Part shown: one piece after another, positions 41,752-52,741 of the stretch
Layout of the letters: each line of letters starts with the position of its first letter
Position numbering within the stretch: the stretch's first letter is position 1
Assembly (NCBI GenBank): GCA_965219415.1
Contig: CBDCNP010000002.1
Coordinates: forward strand, 3,168,001 to 3,232,000
Length of the DNA: 64,000 nucleotides
Source of the DNA: Candidatus Marinacidobacterales bacterium
GTDB lineage: Bacteria; Acidobacteriota; Vicinamibacteria; Marinacidobacterales; DATDRI01
Direction: 5' to 3'
The notes under the pieces: generated by a model
Told to the model about the DNA's origin: nothing
Database searches by the model: none
Seen by the model: only the letters and a program-made list of their open reading frames with translations
Position numbers and translations under genes: made by a program

Positions 41752-43041
41752 GTCTCGTCGTCGAGGGTGAGGAGCCAGATGTCGGCTTCGGTAGTCTCTA
41801 TCGTGAAGTAGATTGTTTGGCCGTCGGGAGTGATGCTGCAGTCCAGAACACGATGTGGTTTTACCGAAAGCAGCTCCCGGCGATCCTTGGTCCGGCTATC
41901 GATGAGCTCGATCGTCGTCGCGGTCCACGCCAGCCATGAATCCGTATCGGCAACCCAGTCGAAGGGTCTTCCATCGTCGCTCAGCCTTTCGTAGCGTTGA
42001 GACTCGAAGTCATAGGTGACGACACCGCGGCCAAACTTGCCAGCAAGGACGCGATCCCCGGCCAAGCGACGACCGTCCCCCGACCAGCTTCTGACGAAGA
42101 GCCTCTCGTTGCTGTCATCCAGAGGTGGTAAGGGTTGCGGTTCCTGCTCGCTCCAGTCCGTGTCGACGCGGAAAACGTAAGGCTGTACCTCTGGAAAGAG
42201 TGTGTAAGCCATGAGTGATCCATCGCGCGACCACACCGGTAGGTTCGCGTCTCCACTCGTTTGGGTCAGCTGTCGCATTCCACTGCCGTCGGGATGGATG
42301 GTCCAGATCTGCCCCGCCTCGGTCTTGGTCACTGTAGGGGCGTCACTCCCCACCACTTTCCTACGTCCTTGTCCCAGGATGGCGAGGCCGAAGTCGAGGA
42401 TTTTGAGCTGGCCTTTGTCGCTCACCATGAGATTGTCGGGTTTTAGGTCGCGGTGGGTGATGCCTTGCTCGTGGGCGGAGCTCACCGCGTCGGCCAGGGG
42501 AATCGCAATCTCGAAGAACTGCTTCAAGGGAAGGCCCTTGTGCGCAATCAACTCGGATAGATTCCGGCCCCGGACGAGCTGCATGGTGATGAAGGGCGTA
42601 CCCTGGTCTTCCTCGATCGAGTGAACGGTCACGATGTTGGGATGATCGAGGGCGGCGAGCGCCTTGGCCTCACGCTCGAACCTTCCAAACCGCTCGTGAT
42701 TCTCGGTCAGTTCGTCCGGGCTTGATAGCGATCTCCCGGTCGAGCTTCGTGTCTCGCGCGCGGTAGACCTCGCCCATGCCTCCCGCACCGAGGAGGTCGA
42801 CGAGTTGGTAGTGGCCGAGCTCGGTTCCGGGGGCTAGGCTCATACGATTCGCCGCGGGCGGATGCCCAAGGAAGCTATTTGCCTCGGCCGCGTCATGATT
42901 TTTGAGAAGTTCTTCGACCTGCTCTCTTAACGCATCCTCTCCCGAGCAGGCTTGGTCCAAGAAACCGGGCCGCCTCTCAGGAGGGAGACTGAGCGCCGTC
43001 TCAAATAGCTCTGCGATGCGATCCCAAGAGTCCGGCATCAA
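41748..43041 (-). pseudogene. Ser/Thr kinase-PD40 paralog, frameshifted, with a large internal deletion
   Basis: WDRIAELF N-terminus, GAGGMGEVY, HRDLKPDN, DFG, then TKTEAG joined directly to QIWT; same EADIWLLTLDDET end as the 36484 copy. Confidence 0.85.
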
Positions 43042-43114
43042 GTGACTTGCATCTTGATCCCTGACAATGAGGGAGCTGTCTTACGCGTTATGAAACTCAC
43101 CGTACCCTTGGTGA

Positions 43115-43145
43115 AAAATAGCCCGGCACGAAGCGAAAAGTCAAA
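43115..43145 (-). promoter_or_regulatory. Kinase promoter-like repeat, copy 2
   Basis: aaaatagcccggcacgaagcgaaaagtcaaa. Confidence 0.65.
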
Positions 43146-43160
43146 GCGCAGTGCGGAGGC

Positions 43161-43235
43161 AAACTACGGTAGATTCGCTGTTTCGAATCTGCCCAGATTA
43201 CTGGGGCCGGACCCAGTAACCAAAAGTAACAACTG
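43161..43235. repeat. Dispersed element, partial copy with two hairpins
   Basis: Ungapped match to 40715-40789, including an identical 21-mer agtaaccaaaagtaacaactg. Confidence 0.75.
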
Positions 43236-43243
43236 TTTCCCGC

Positions 43244-44074
43244 CTACTTCTTACTTCTCGGATTCAGCGCGTCGTTCAATCCATCCCCAATCAGATTAAT
43301 TGCCAGCACCGTCATCAATACCGCCAACCCCGGAAACGTCGCGATCCACCAGCCGCTTCGCAGATAAGCCTGAGCATTCCGGAGCATGTAACCCCAGCTC
43401 ATGACGTTGGGATCCCCGAGGCCGACGAAGCTGAGCGAAGCCTCAGCGAGTATCGCGTAGCCAACTTGAAGCGTCGCTACCGCCACAACCGGCGGGATGG
43501 CGTTAGGGAGAATCTCCTTGAACGCGAGACGAAGATTCCCGGCGCCTCCGAGACGGGCGGCGTCGACGAACTCCATCTCCTTCCACGTGAAAAACTCTGC
43601 ACGTAGGAGGCGCGCGATCGCCGGCCAGGCGAGAAGCCCAATCACAAGGATCAGGTTCTGGATCTCGGCACCGACGAAGGCGACTACCAAGACCGCGAGA
43701 AAAAACGGCGGGATGGTCATGAAGATATCGGTCACTCTCATGATGAGGCCGTCGACTCTGCCGCCGTAGAATCCAGCGATGGCGCCGAGGAAAACTCCTA
43801 TCGCCACCGACGTCAGAGCGGCGAAGAGTCCCACCGCGATCGACGTCCGGGCTCCGTAGAGAGTCCCGCTCATCACGTCCCGCCCCATGTTGTCGGTACC
43901 CATGAGGTGTGAACCCTCGGGGGCGAGAAAGGGCTCGCCCCCGAGCTCGAACGGCTCGAACGGTGCCAATACTGGCGCCAGAAGCGCGGCAACGATCAGC
44001 AGGATGCCGATCGACAAGCCCGCCACCGCAGGGCGATTCGATTTGAACTCACGCCAAAGAGACGTCTCGATCAT
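43244..44074 (-). CDS. Peptide/nickel ABC permease (DppC-like)
   Basis: MGTDNMGRD, FVDAAR, EILPN; start MIETS overlaps the dppB stop. Confidence 0.92.
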   Translation of the reverse strand: MIETSLWREFKSNRPAVAGLSIGILLIVAALLAPVLAPFEPFELGGEPFLAPEGSHLMGTDNMGRDVMSGTLYGARTSIAVGLFAALTSVAIGVFLGAIAGFYGGRVDGLIMRVTDIFMTIPPFFLAVLVVAFVGAEIQNLILVIGLLAWPAIARLLRAEFFTWKEMEFVDAARLGGAGNLRLAFKEILPNAIPPVVAVATLQVGYAILAEASLSFVGLGDPNVMSWGYMLRNAQAYLRSGWWIATFPGLAVLMTVLAINLIGDGLNDALNPRSKK

Positions 44075-45045
44075 GGTGACGTGATCCTCGGGTCCAACCG
44101 GAAGTAGAGCAGGTCGGTGATGAGGTTGGTGACGATGACGGTCAGCGAGACGACGAGGAAGATTCCGCTCAGGAGCGCGTAGTCCCGCGACAGAACCGCA
44201 CCCAACATCAAGCTTCCGATTCCCGGCCATGCAAAGACGATCTCGATGAGGGCCGACGCCGCGAACATGAAACCGATCTGGTGGCCGAAGAGCGTGACGA
44301 TCGGAATCAGGGCGTTGCGGAGCCCATGACGCATCAGGAGCGTTCCCTCGGCAACCCCCTTGGATCGCGCCGCGGTGATGAAATCCATAGAGAGCACGTC
44401 GATCATGCTGGAGCGGGTGAGCCTCGAAAAAAGGGCCATCTGGTGAAAACCCAGAGTGAGCGCGGGGAGTAGGAGGTGGCTCAGCAAATCCCAGAGATAC
44501 GCGAATCCGGTTGAGTCGGAGCCGATGGTGGTCATGCCCGACAGCGGAACGCCGCTTCCGGAAAAGACCAGGATCAGGATCATCCCAGTCCAGAACATGG
44601 GCTGCGAATAGCCCACCAGCGAGATGATCGAGATCGCATTGTCCCACCGGGAACGGGCCTTCTTGGCCGCGACAACCCCAAGGGTGATCCCGGCACCCGC
44701 GGCAAGCAGAAGCGCCGTGAATGTCAGGAGCAGCGTATTGGGCAGCCGGTCCAAAACGACGTCTAGAACCGGTTCTTGAAAGAACGTCGAAAACCCGAGA
44801 TCGCCGACCAGGAGCTTCTGCATATAGATGATGTATTGGGTGTGGAGCGGCTGGTCGAGGCCGAACTCGGTCCGTATATCCTGGTAGTACTCCTCGGTGA
44901 TCGAGGCCCCTCCGATGAAGTAGACCGGATCGCCGGGCGCGAGGCGGCAAAGGAGAAAAACCAGCGTCAGGATGACGAGGGTGACCGGAATGATCTGCAG
45001 CAACCGCGCGGCCACGTAGCGGCCGAGTTTCGATCGAACCGACAA
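44071..45045 (-). CDS. Peptide/nickel ABC permease (DppB-like)
   Basis: APGDP, FGLDQP, TAARSKG, EIVFAWPG. Confidence 0.92.
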   Translation of the reverse strand: MSVRSKLGRYVAARLLQIIPVTLVILTLVFLLCRLAPGDPVYFIGGASITEEYYQDIRTEFGLDQPLHTQYIIYMQKLLVGDLGFSTFFQEPVLDVVLDRLPNTLLLTFTALLLAAGAGITLGVVAAKKARSRWDNAISIISLVGYSQPMFWTGMILILVFSGSGVPLSGMTTIGSDSTGFAYLWDLLSHLLLPALTLGFHQMALFSRLTRSSMIDVLSMDFITAARSKGVAEGTLLMRHGLRNALIPIVTLFGHQIGFMFAASALIEIVFAWPGIGSLMLGAVLSRDYALLSGIFLVVSLTVIVTNLITDLLYFRLDPRITSP

Positions 45046-45079
45046 GGCCCGAGCATCTTACCAAAATCTGTGGAATGCT

Positions 45080-46669
45080 ATGGTCGCTATGGTCACGCGG
45101 ATGACGCAGCTAGCTCTCGTCGCGTTGCTGGTGCCTTCGGGGATGTCGGCGCAGACACCTGAGCGAGGCGGCGTGCTCAACGTGGCTCTGAGTAGCCCCA
45201 TTCAGTCTCTGACCGCCGCCACGACCCATCATCCGGATCTGATCGCCGCCGGTCCCCTGTACGATGCGCTTTTGACGTACGACCGAGACCTCGAACCCAA
45301 GCCCTGGCTCGCCAAGTCCTGGACGATCTCGGAAGACGGCCGCCGGTACACTTTCGAGCTGGAGCGGAACGTGACCTGGCACGATGGAAGAACATTTACC
45401 TCGGCCGACGTGAAGTTCACCATCGAGGAGATCCTTCGCAAGTACCATCCTTCGGGGGCCGTCTTGTGGGCCAACGTTGACACCATCGAGACTCCGGATC
45501 CCAGTACCGTCGTTTTCAACCTCGCTCGACCGTCGGCGGTCTTCATCAAGATTCTCGGACCCTACCACGCCAAGATCATGCCCAAACATATCTACGAGGG
45601 TAAGAGTTTTCTGAGGAATCCCGCCAACCGTCGACCAGTCGGAACCGGCCCCTTCAAGTTCCGTGAGCATCGCCGCGGAAGTTACCTCATCGTCGAGAAA
45701 AATCCCGACTACTGGAAGAAGGGTCTACCTTACCTAGACCGCATCGTCAGCAAGGTGGTCCCCAACGCCGCGGCCCGCATCGCGGCCCTCGAGAACGGTG
45801 AGGTCGATCTTATCCCCATTTACACGCCGGTCCACGAGATCCCGCGCGTCGAGAAGAATCCGAAGTTCGCGGTAACCGCGGGGGGTTACGAGGGCGGCGC
45901 CGGGGTTTGCATGCTCAAACTCAATTTGCGGCGAAAACCCTTGAGTGATCTAAGAGTGCGGCAGGCTTTGAGCTACGCCCTCGACAAGGACAGGATCCAC
46001 AAGCTCGCCGGTTATGGCTACGGACGTCGCACCGACGGTTTTATGCCCCGGGGCGTTGGCGATTGGTATAGCGAGGACCAGCCGACCTACGCGCACGACG
46101 TCGAAAAAGCCAATCAGCTATTGGACCAAGCGGGTTTTCCAAAGGGTGCTGGACGCGTGCGATTCAAGCTCCAGACCGAGCTCCCCGCCGGCCATCTCAC
46201 CCACATCCGAAACTGCGAGGTTGCGAAGGAGCAGCTGAAGAAGGTCGGCATCGACATGGTCCTCAACCTGCGCGACGTGGGGAGTCACCTCGACATCGTT
46301 TACGACAAATGGGATTTCGACATTGCTGTGGCCGGCCACGGAATCCAGTTCGATCCGGCCCTCGGAGGTGCTCGCTACTTGACTACCGAGCAGGCCGGCA
46401 AGGTCCCGTTCACCAACGGCGGGGGTTACAGCAGCCCGCGCGTCGACGAGCTATTTGCAAAGGTCAGGATCGAGACCGATCCCGACATTCGCCGAGAGAT
46501 GTTCTACGAGATCCAGAAGATTCTCGCCGAGGATATTCCGGTGATTTGGCTCTACGATTTTCCGAACCCCACGGCGTTTAACCGTGATCTCATCGGTATT
46601 CCCATGGGCCCCTCGAGCTGGGGCGAAAACTACGCTGCGGTCGGATGGAGAGGGGGCTCGCGCAAGTAG
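45080..46669 (+). CDS. ABC substrate-binding protein, family 5 (divergent from its permeases)
   Basis: PERGG.L, VTWHDG, PVGTGPF, VRQALSYA. Confidence 0.92.
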   Translation: MVAMVTRMTQLALVALLVPSGMSAQTPERGGVLNVALSSPIQSLTAATTHHPDLIAAGPLYDALLTYDRDLEPKPWLAKSWTISEDGRRYTFELERNVTWHDGRTFTSADVKFTIEEILRKYHPSGAVLWANVDTIETPDPSTVVFNLARPSAVFIKILGPYHAKIMPKHIYEGKSFLRNPANRRPVGTGPFKFREHRRGSYLIVEKNPDYWKKGLPYLDRIVSKVVPNAAARIAALENGEVDLIPIYTPVHEIPRVEKNPKFAVTAGGYEGGAGVCMLKLNLRRKPLSDLRVRQALSYALDKDRIHKLAGYGYGRRTDGFMPRGVGDWYSEDQPTYAHDVEKANQLLDQAGFPKGAGRVRFKLQTELPAGHLTHIRNCEVAKEQLKKVGIDMVLNLRDVGSHLDIVYDKWDFDIAVAGHGIQFDPALGGARYLTTEQAGKVPFTNGGGYSSPRVDELFAKVRIETDPDIRREMFYEIQKILAEDIPVIWLYDFPNPTAFNRDLIGIPMGPSSWGENYAAVGWRGGSRK

Positions 46670-46682
46670 CGCTTTGCGCTAG

Positions 46683-47321
46683 CTACTCGAGGGGAGCCCG
46701 AATCTCGCGGATGGCGAGCTTTGCTTCTCCCGCCATATCGCCGGCCCACTGATCTTCCATCTTCTCCTCGAGAACGGGGATGAAGACGGACCCTGCCGCC
46801 CCCTCCGCTCGCATCCCTGAGATGACACCCATCTCCAACGAGTAGACCACGAACCGCATGGCGGTTTCCTCGGTGGCCGCAAACGCCGCCGCCTGGATCT
46901 CCTCACGGGTGGCGTTCTCGAAACCGCCGAAGATGAAATCCTTGATCGCAAACTTGTCGTAGTCGGTGAGGATGGTTTGCCCGGACACGAGATTCTTCAC
47001 CTCGAGGTTGGCGTGTACGACTCCGGGATCGTAATCTCCATCGTTCGTTTCCCGCGTTATCTCTCTCTCGAAGCTCAAATCGATCTCGACAACGGGCTTG
47101 GCCCCCTCTTTGGCCGGGGAGAGGTAGTCCAGATAGGCTCCCCACAGGTTCGAGCCGTTGATGAACTGTGCGATCTTTTCTCGGTGCTCATACGGTGCGG
47201 CGACTCTGCAGCGCGGGTCGAGCTTCTTGCTCGTGCAAGACAAGGCGGGGAGAAGCCCTATGGCGAGAACCACTAGAAGCGAGAGGAACCTTACTCGGTT
47301 CGAGCCGATCGGGGTGGACAT
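46683..47321 (-). CDS. Hypothetical lipoprotein
   Basis: AAGGAGG RBS before MSTPIGS; hydrophobic signal ending ALSC. Confidence 0.7.
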   Translation of the reverse strand: MSTPIGSNRVRFLSLLVVLAIGLLPALSCTSKKLDPRCRVAAPYEHREKIAQFINGSNLWGAYLDYLSPAKEGAKPVVEIDLSFEREITRETNDGDYDPGVVHANLEVKNLVSGQTILTDYDKFAIKDFIFGGFENATREEIQAAAFAATEETAMRFVVYSLEMGVISGMRAEGAAGSVFIPVLEEKMEDQWAGDMAGEAKLAIREIRAPLE

Positions 47322-47425
47322 CGGCAACCTCCTTGTTTGTCGTCGAGCGGAAATGGCTCGGCGGACCGCCAAACGAATCGGTGTGAGATTGGAATCGGGA
47401 TTTCTTGTAAACAGTCTAACACGGG

Positions 47426-48904
47426 TTAGGCGAAGTAAGCCAGGTAGAAGCCCAAGACGCCGAATACGGTCAACGCGACGCCCGAAACGACGAGGCCGGT
47501 CACGAGAAAAGGACCCATCCGGAGGCCTTTTGGCAGGTGCAGCCGATCGCTCCCGAGCATCGCGAAGCACCACATCCCACAAGTGAACGTCGCGGAAATG
47601 ATGGCCGCGGGCGTGACCACGGCGACGGGATCTAGGTTCCACCACAAAAGGATCAAGCCGACGACGCCGCAGACCGCGCAAGTCCACCGTCGGAAAACGC
47701 CGAGCGGCACCGTCTTCCACCTCGGGATAGCAGCAGTGAGACACTCGCAAACCGAACGGGAATAGAGCTCGTACCCTCCGTACATCGTCCCGAAGAACGC
47801 GAAGAAGATCCCGGTCTTGTAAAGGAATCCGAGAAGCCATTGGACGCCCGGGTGTTGGCTGTCTCTGACTAGGAACGCCTCCTGTTCGGTTATGAGCGCA
47901 CTCGCTTCGGGGACGATCTGATTCGGATGGAGAATTGCCGCGCCCAGCGTCGCGAAGAACAGGGTGAACGTAATGATCGCTGCGAACGAAATGCCAACAT
48001 CGATCAGGGGTGCTCGCAACCAGGATCGCCCGCGAGCCAAGTTATCGGGAGACTCGTCGACTCCATCCCGGAGTCGATCGTGCCGGCCGACGGAGCGAGC
48101 CAGCAATCCCCAGCCTTTCTCGCGCAATGTACCGAGATAGCCGAAGTAGTCCACCGTACCACCACCGATAACGCCGAGGTAGACGATGACCTCGACCCAG
48201 GGGTCCCGAGCGGCCAGCGTCGAGGTTTCCATGATCCAAGGCTCGTATTGAGGAATTCTTGGTAGGAAGATGCCCTGAACCAGGGCTATCAGGTCCGGGC
48301 TCGATGCGACGACGGCGACGAACATCGAGAACAAGAGAAGTCCGACGACGAAGGTCTGGACTCTTTCCAAGAACCCGTATGTCTGATTCAGAGTGAGGCC
48401 GATGGCGACGAGGATATAGAGCGTTCCCCAGATACGTGCGAACGTGTCGAATCGCACCTGCGACTCGAGCGCGGCCCCGTCAGCCGACTCGGAAGTCACG
48501 ACGATCCCGACGATCGAGTTCGTGAAATCGCCTAGTATCCTCGGTAACCCTCCGCCCAGGAAGAGTGGCATGCAAACCAAAGTGAGGACGGTCATGACCG
48601 GAACGAACCAACCTCGCAGCCCCGGAAGCTGAGCCCAGCTCTCGAGGGGGTGCCTCCCGGTCAACGTAATGAAACGAGCACCGCTATAGACCTGGACGAA
48701 CTTGATCGCGGCGCCGAGGACGAAGCACCACATCAGCGTGTATCCGAAGATAGCGCCGCCACGAGACGCGAAGATCGTCTCACCGTTACCGATCGTCACC
48801 GACGCGATGATGGCACCGGGACCGAAAATCTTCAGTGTCCCCAGGAAAGAGCGATCACGAAGCTCGGCGGAAAGGCCGGGGTATTTGGCGGGAGGGCCCG
48901 ACAT
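47426..48904 (-). CDS. Nramp-related (APC superfamily) transporter
   Basis: GPGAIIASVTIGNGE, GAIFGYTL, multi-TM; lacks the canonical DPGN. Confidence 0.78.
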   Translation of the reverse strand: MSGPPAKYPGLSAELRDRSFLGTLKIFGPGAIIASVTIGNGETIFASRGGAIFGYTLMWCFVLGAAIKFVQVYSGARFITLTGRHPLESWAQLPGLRGWFVPVMTVLTLVCMPLFLGGGLPRILGDFTNSIVGIVVTSESADGAALESQVRFDTFARIWGTLYILVAIGLTLNQTYGFLERVQTFVVGLLLFSMFVAVVASSPDLIALVQGIFLPRIPQYEPWIMETSTLAARDPWVEVIVYLGVIGGGTVDYFGYLGTLREKGWGLLARSVGRHDRLRDGVDESPDNLARGRSWLRAPLIDVGISFAAIITFTLFFATLGAAILHPNQIVPEASALITEQEAFLVRDSQHPGVQWLLGFLYKTGIFFAFFGTMYGGYELYSRSVCECLTAAIPRWKTVPLGVFRRWTCAVCGVVGLILLWWNLDPVAVVTPAAIISATFTCGMWCFAMLGSDRLHLPKGLRMGPFLVTGLVVSGVALTVFGVLGFYLAYFA

Positions 48905-48921
48905 GTGGTGGGCGGAGCGAT

Positions 48922-50181
48922 TCAGGCCCCGTGGAACCCGCAGGCGTTGAGCACCGTGAGCGCATAAACCTTGGTTTGTTTCACGAGCTCATCGATCGTA
49001 AGAAATTCGTTCGGTTTGTGCACTCTCGAAATGGAGCCCGATCCGTACGTCACACCAGGAATCCCGCGGGTCAGAAAGGCCTCGAGCTCTCCGGTACCTC
49101 CGATGGGAGAAAAACGGGCTTCGATGCCGATCGATTCCGCCGCGCCCCGGATCGCGGTTACGATGGGCTCGTCTTCACTAACTTCTATCGGCTGTCTCTC
49201 GCTCAAGACGTCGACGCTCCCGACACGGAAGTCCGGATCGTTCTCTTTGATGTCTTCGATGATTCTCTCGAGCTCGTCCATGAACCTCTGGGTGGAGTAG
49301 GGCGCCGAAACGCGAATCCCCAAGCCCACCTTGCAGGTTTTCGGTATGTCTCCGAACCGTTCCGCAACGCCCTCGATGGCGCAAACGTTCAAGCTCTCTC
49401 GCCCCTGCACGGGACCTTCCTTGAGCTCGACTCGCTCCAAAGCGTCGATGAACTTTAACGCCTTTCTGATGGCGTTGAGATCTTGCCGATTGGCGACGTG
49501 ACCGACTTCGCCCACGATCTCGAGCTCGATGAGAAGCCTTCCGTTGAATGAGCCACAAATGCGCTCGAGTCCGGAGGCTTCCCCGTTGATGACCACATCG
49601 GGCAGGGGATAGCCCGCCTCTTCGAGGCCTTGCTCCACCAGGAACGTCATTCCGGGCCACTTGAGATGCTCGAGGCGCCCTTCGTCGTCCACCGAGGCAA
49701 CGAGCATCAAGCTGCCCTTCAGCCCGATCCCCAGCTCTCGGATCGCCTTGGCCACGAAGACCTGCGCCGCCAGTGCGCACTTGGCGTCACATGTGCCTCT
49801 CCCCAAGACTTTATCATCTTTGATTTCGGCGCCGAAGGGGTCGAACCGCCACTCGTCGGGGTCCCCCACACCGACGACATCCATGTGAGTGCCGATCATC
49901 AGGATGGGTTTCTTTTCGCTTCCTTCTATGAGTGCCACGACGTTGGGTCGCGGATGCTCCAAACCCACCTGTTCGACCCTTTCCTTCGGGGCGGAAATCA
50001 GATCGGCGTGCACTCCGACGGCGCCGAATTCCTGCCTCATCCTCTGAGCGATCGTCGCGTACTCGCCGCGAGGGAAAACACTGGGAATGCGGACGAGCTC
50101 TCGGAAGAGACTTAACAACTCGTCTCGATGATGGTCCACGAACTCGACGACTCTTTTCCGCGTCGCGCCTTCTCCAGACAT
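48922..50181 (-). CDS. M20 metallopeptidase (ArgE/DapE-like), paralog A
   Basis: [27 protein letters not shown]. Confidence 0.9.
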   Translation of the reverse strand: MSGEGATRKRVVEFVDHHRDELLSLFRELVRIPSVFPRGEYATIAQRMRQEFGAVGVHADLISAPKERVEQVGLEHPRPNVVALIEGSEKKPILMIGTHMDVVGVGDPDEWRFDPFGAEIKDDKVLGRGTCDAKCALAAQVFVAKAIRELGIGLKGSLMLVASVDDEGRLEHLKWPGMTFLVEQGLEEAGYPLPDVVINGEASGLERICGSFNGRLLIELEIVGEVGHVANRQDLNAIRKALKFIDALERVELKEGPVQGRESLNVCAIEGVAERFGDIPKTCKVGLGIRVSAPYSTQRFMDELERIIEDIKENDPDFRVGSVDVLSERQPIEVSEDEPIVTAIRGAAESIGIEARFSPIGGTGELEAFLTRGIPGVTYGSGSISRVHKPNEFLTIDELVKQTKVYALTVLNACGFHGA

Positions 50182-50311
50182 CAGTGGGCTCACTGAGAGT
50201 CCTCGCATCTTATCAGAACGACTGCGCGGCCGGTAAAACTTGCTTCGAGAACTTCTCTAGAGTACTTTGCCTGCGACAGAAACTTCTTCCGCACTGGCGA
50301 GTTGTCGAAGA

Positions 50312-51635
50312 ATGATGCGACTAGTTTCTTGGCTTGCACTCTTTTCCGTGTTCGGGACGGCCACCGTGGTATCGGGCGAGGACTGGCCTGAGTTTCGCGG
50401 AAAGGGTCGGCGGGGAGTTTGGAACGAGGACGGTATCCTCGAGAGTTTCCCAGACGAAGGGCTCGAAGTGATCTGGAGGACTCCTATCGGAAGCGGCTAT
50501 GCAGGGCCGGCGGTTGCCGATGGACGGATCTTAGTGTCGGACTTCAAGCGCGTCGAACGCTTTCGTGGGTTCGAGCGGATTCTCTGCCTCGACGAGCAGA
50601 GCGGCGAGATCTTGTGGGAAACGGAGTGGGAGACCGACTACACCGGACTCCACGAGATCTTTGCCATTGGACCGCGCGCCACTCCGACCGTGGACGGAAA
50701 CCGCGTTTACGTGTTGGAAGCCATGGGCAAGCTAGTTGTCCTGGACGTGGTGTCGGGCCACATCCTCTGGCAAAAGGATTTCGTAAAAGACTACGGCGCC
50801 TCGATTCCGTTCTGGGGTATGGCGGGCGCACCGCTCGTCGACGGAGAAAGGGTCATCTGCGTGGTGGCGGGGGAGCCCGATGCCAAGGTGGTGGCCTTCG
50901 ACAAACAAAGCGGCAAGGAGATCTGGCGGGCTCTCTCATCGGACTGGGAGCCTGGCTACAGTCAGCCAATCATCGTCGAGATCGCCGGCGAGCGTCAGCT
51001 CATCATCTGGCATTCGCAAGCCATCAGCTCCCTCGACCCGGAGACGGGCGCGATCTATTGGGAGGAGCCGTTCGACGTGAAGATGGGAATGGCTGTCTCG
51101 ACACCCGTGGCGAAGGGCCGGTATCTCTTCGTCTCTTCGTTTTTCGATGGTGCGCGGATGTTGAGGATCAACGACGGCAATACAGGTGTAAGCTTACTTT
51201 GGAAAAGCACCGGCGAGAGCGAGATCAAGACGACCCGCATTCACACCGTTATCAACACCGCGGTCATTCAGGATGGCTATCTTTACGGAATCGATGCCTA
51301 CGGACAGCTCCGCTGCCTCGATGCGAGAACCGGCGAGCGTCTCTGGGAGAGTCTTGCCGTGACGAAGGAGAAAGCGCGCCACGCCGCCGCACACTTCGTC
51401 CGCAACGGGGATCGATACTTCATCAACAACGACCGGGGGCGAGCTCATCATCGCCCGATTTCGGCCGGAAGGCTATGAAGAGGTAAGTCGCACCGAGCTC
51501 ATCAAGCCCACCTCGGCCACCACCGCCCGCCGAGAGCTTGGAGCCGTGGCCTGGGCCCACCCGGCGTACGCCAACCGACACATCTTTGCTCGTAACGACG
51601 AGGAGATCCTAAAGGCTTCCCTGGCCAAGGAGTAG
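50312..51635 (+). CDS. PQQ-binding-like beta-propeller protein, frameshift in the G-run near 51438
   Basis: DWPEFRG, GPRATP; C-terminus WAHPAYA..IFARND in the shifted frame, ending TAG at 51635. Confidence 0.88.
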
Positions 51636-51717
51636 CCGCAACGTAGTGTCGTGTCTTGCGGGGCTCCGCTGGAGTCTGCTATCGTCGATTCATCTGAATC
51701 GAAAAGGAGCCCTCAAA

Positions 51718-52732
51718 TTGGCTGCCAACGACGACAAAGCCATAGCGGCGGAGTATCGAGAGAAGAAACCCCTCTATGAGCGACTGTGCCGAGAGGTGGT
51801 CGTCAACCTCGAGGAGCTGGTCAAAGAGAGCGGAATCGCTTTGGAGGTGCCCCTCGAGTCGCGGGTCAAGTCGCTCAATTCGGTTCTAACCAAAGCGAAG
51901 CGTATGGGGCCGGCACTGTCGAGTCTCACCGACATGCACGATCTTGCGGGAGTGCGCCTGGTGGTCATGTTCAAACGGGATGCCGAACGCGTTTGTGAGC
52001 TCATCGGGGAAACCTTCGACGTGATCAAAAGAAGAGAACACCGAGGACCGCCTTTCCGCGGACCAATTCGGGTACGGGTCGATTCACATCGAAGTAAAGC
52101 CACACGAGACATGGTTGTTTCTACCGACCTGGAAGAACCTGGGGAACATGCCCACCGAGATCCAGATCCGAACCGCGACGCAACACATCTGGGCCGGAGC
52201 GTCCCACCTGTTGCAGTACAAATGGAAGAAGCATGTTCCGGTGCCGGTGCGCCGCGCCATCAACCGGGTCGCCGCGCTTCTCGAGCTGGTCGATCTGGAG
52301 TTCGAGCGCGTCCTGATGCGACGGGAGGAGTATCGGACTCATCTCACGGAAATCGGGCTGGATGAGCCCCTCAACACCGAGCTCCTACGTGGCATCTTCG
52401 AACGGTTTCTGCCCGCTGAGAACGCGGACGATGAAGAGCCTTTGGCGGAGCTCGTCGACCAGCTGAGTGCTTTCGGAGTCACAAAGGAACGCGACCTCGT
52501 CGGGCTACTCGAAAAGCACCAAGAAGCGATGAATAGGGCGGAGGCCCTGGCGGTTAAGGACATCAAGCGGAACGGGAGCAAATCGGAGTACCGGTTCGAC
52601 CCCGAGCGGCTCGCGCGGAGTGTCTTCTTGACTCATGTCGGACTCGTACAAGAGGCCCTTTCGAGGGAATTGGGAGCCAAGTTCGACGATTACATACGAT
52701 CGGGCGGGGGTGCTCTAACGAGTGGCGCCTAG
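51718..52732 (+). CDS. RelA/SpoT-domain small alarmone synthetase, frameshift in the A-run near 52030
   Basis: RVKS, DLAGVR, FGYGSIH, EIQIRT, WA..SH..QYK; AAAGGAG RBS before TTG. Confidence 0.85.
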
Positions 52733-52741
52733 GCCGTTTCG

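Noticed and set aside
40672-43235. Repeats as integron attC sites or CRISPR repeats
   Set aside because: No paired RYYYAAC/GTTRRRY boxes, no integrase, no regular repeat-spacer period and no cas genes.
44075-45064. 606-aa ORF suggesting a long N-terminal extension on DppC
   Set aside because: Overlaps dppB in another frame; the real start is at 44074.
52025-52035. Programmed frameshift in the alarmone synthetase
   Set aside because: No clear slippery heptamer or stimulatory structure, and similar indels occur throughout the window.
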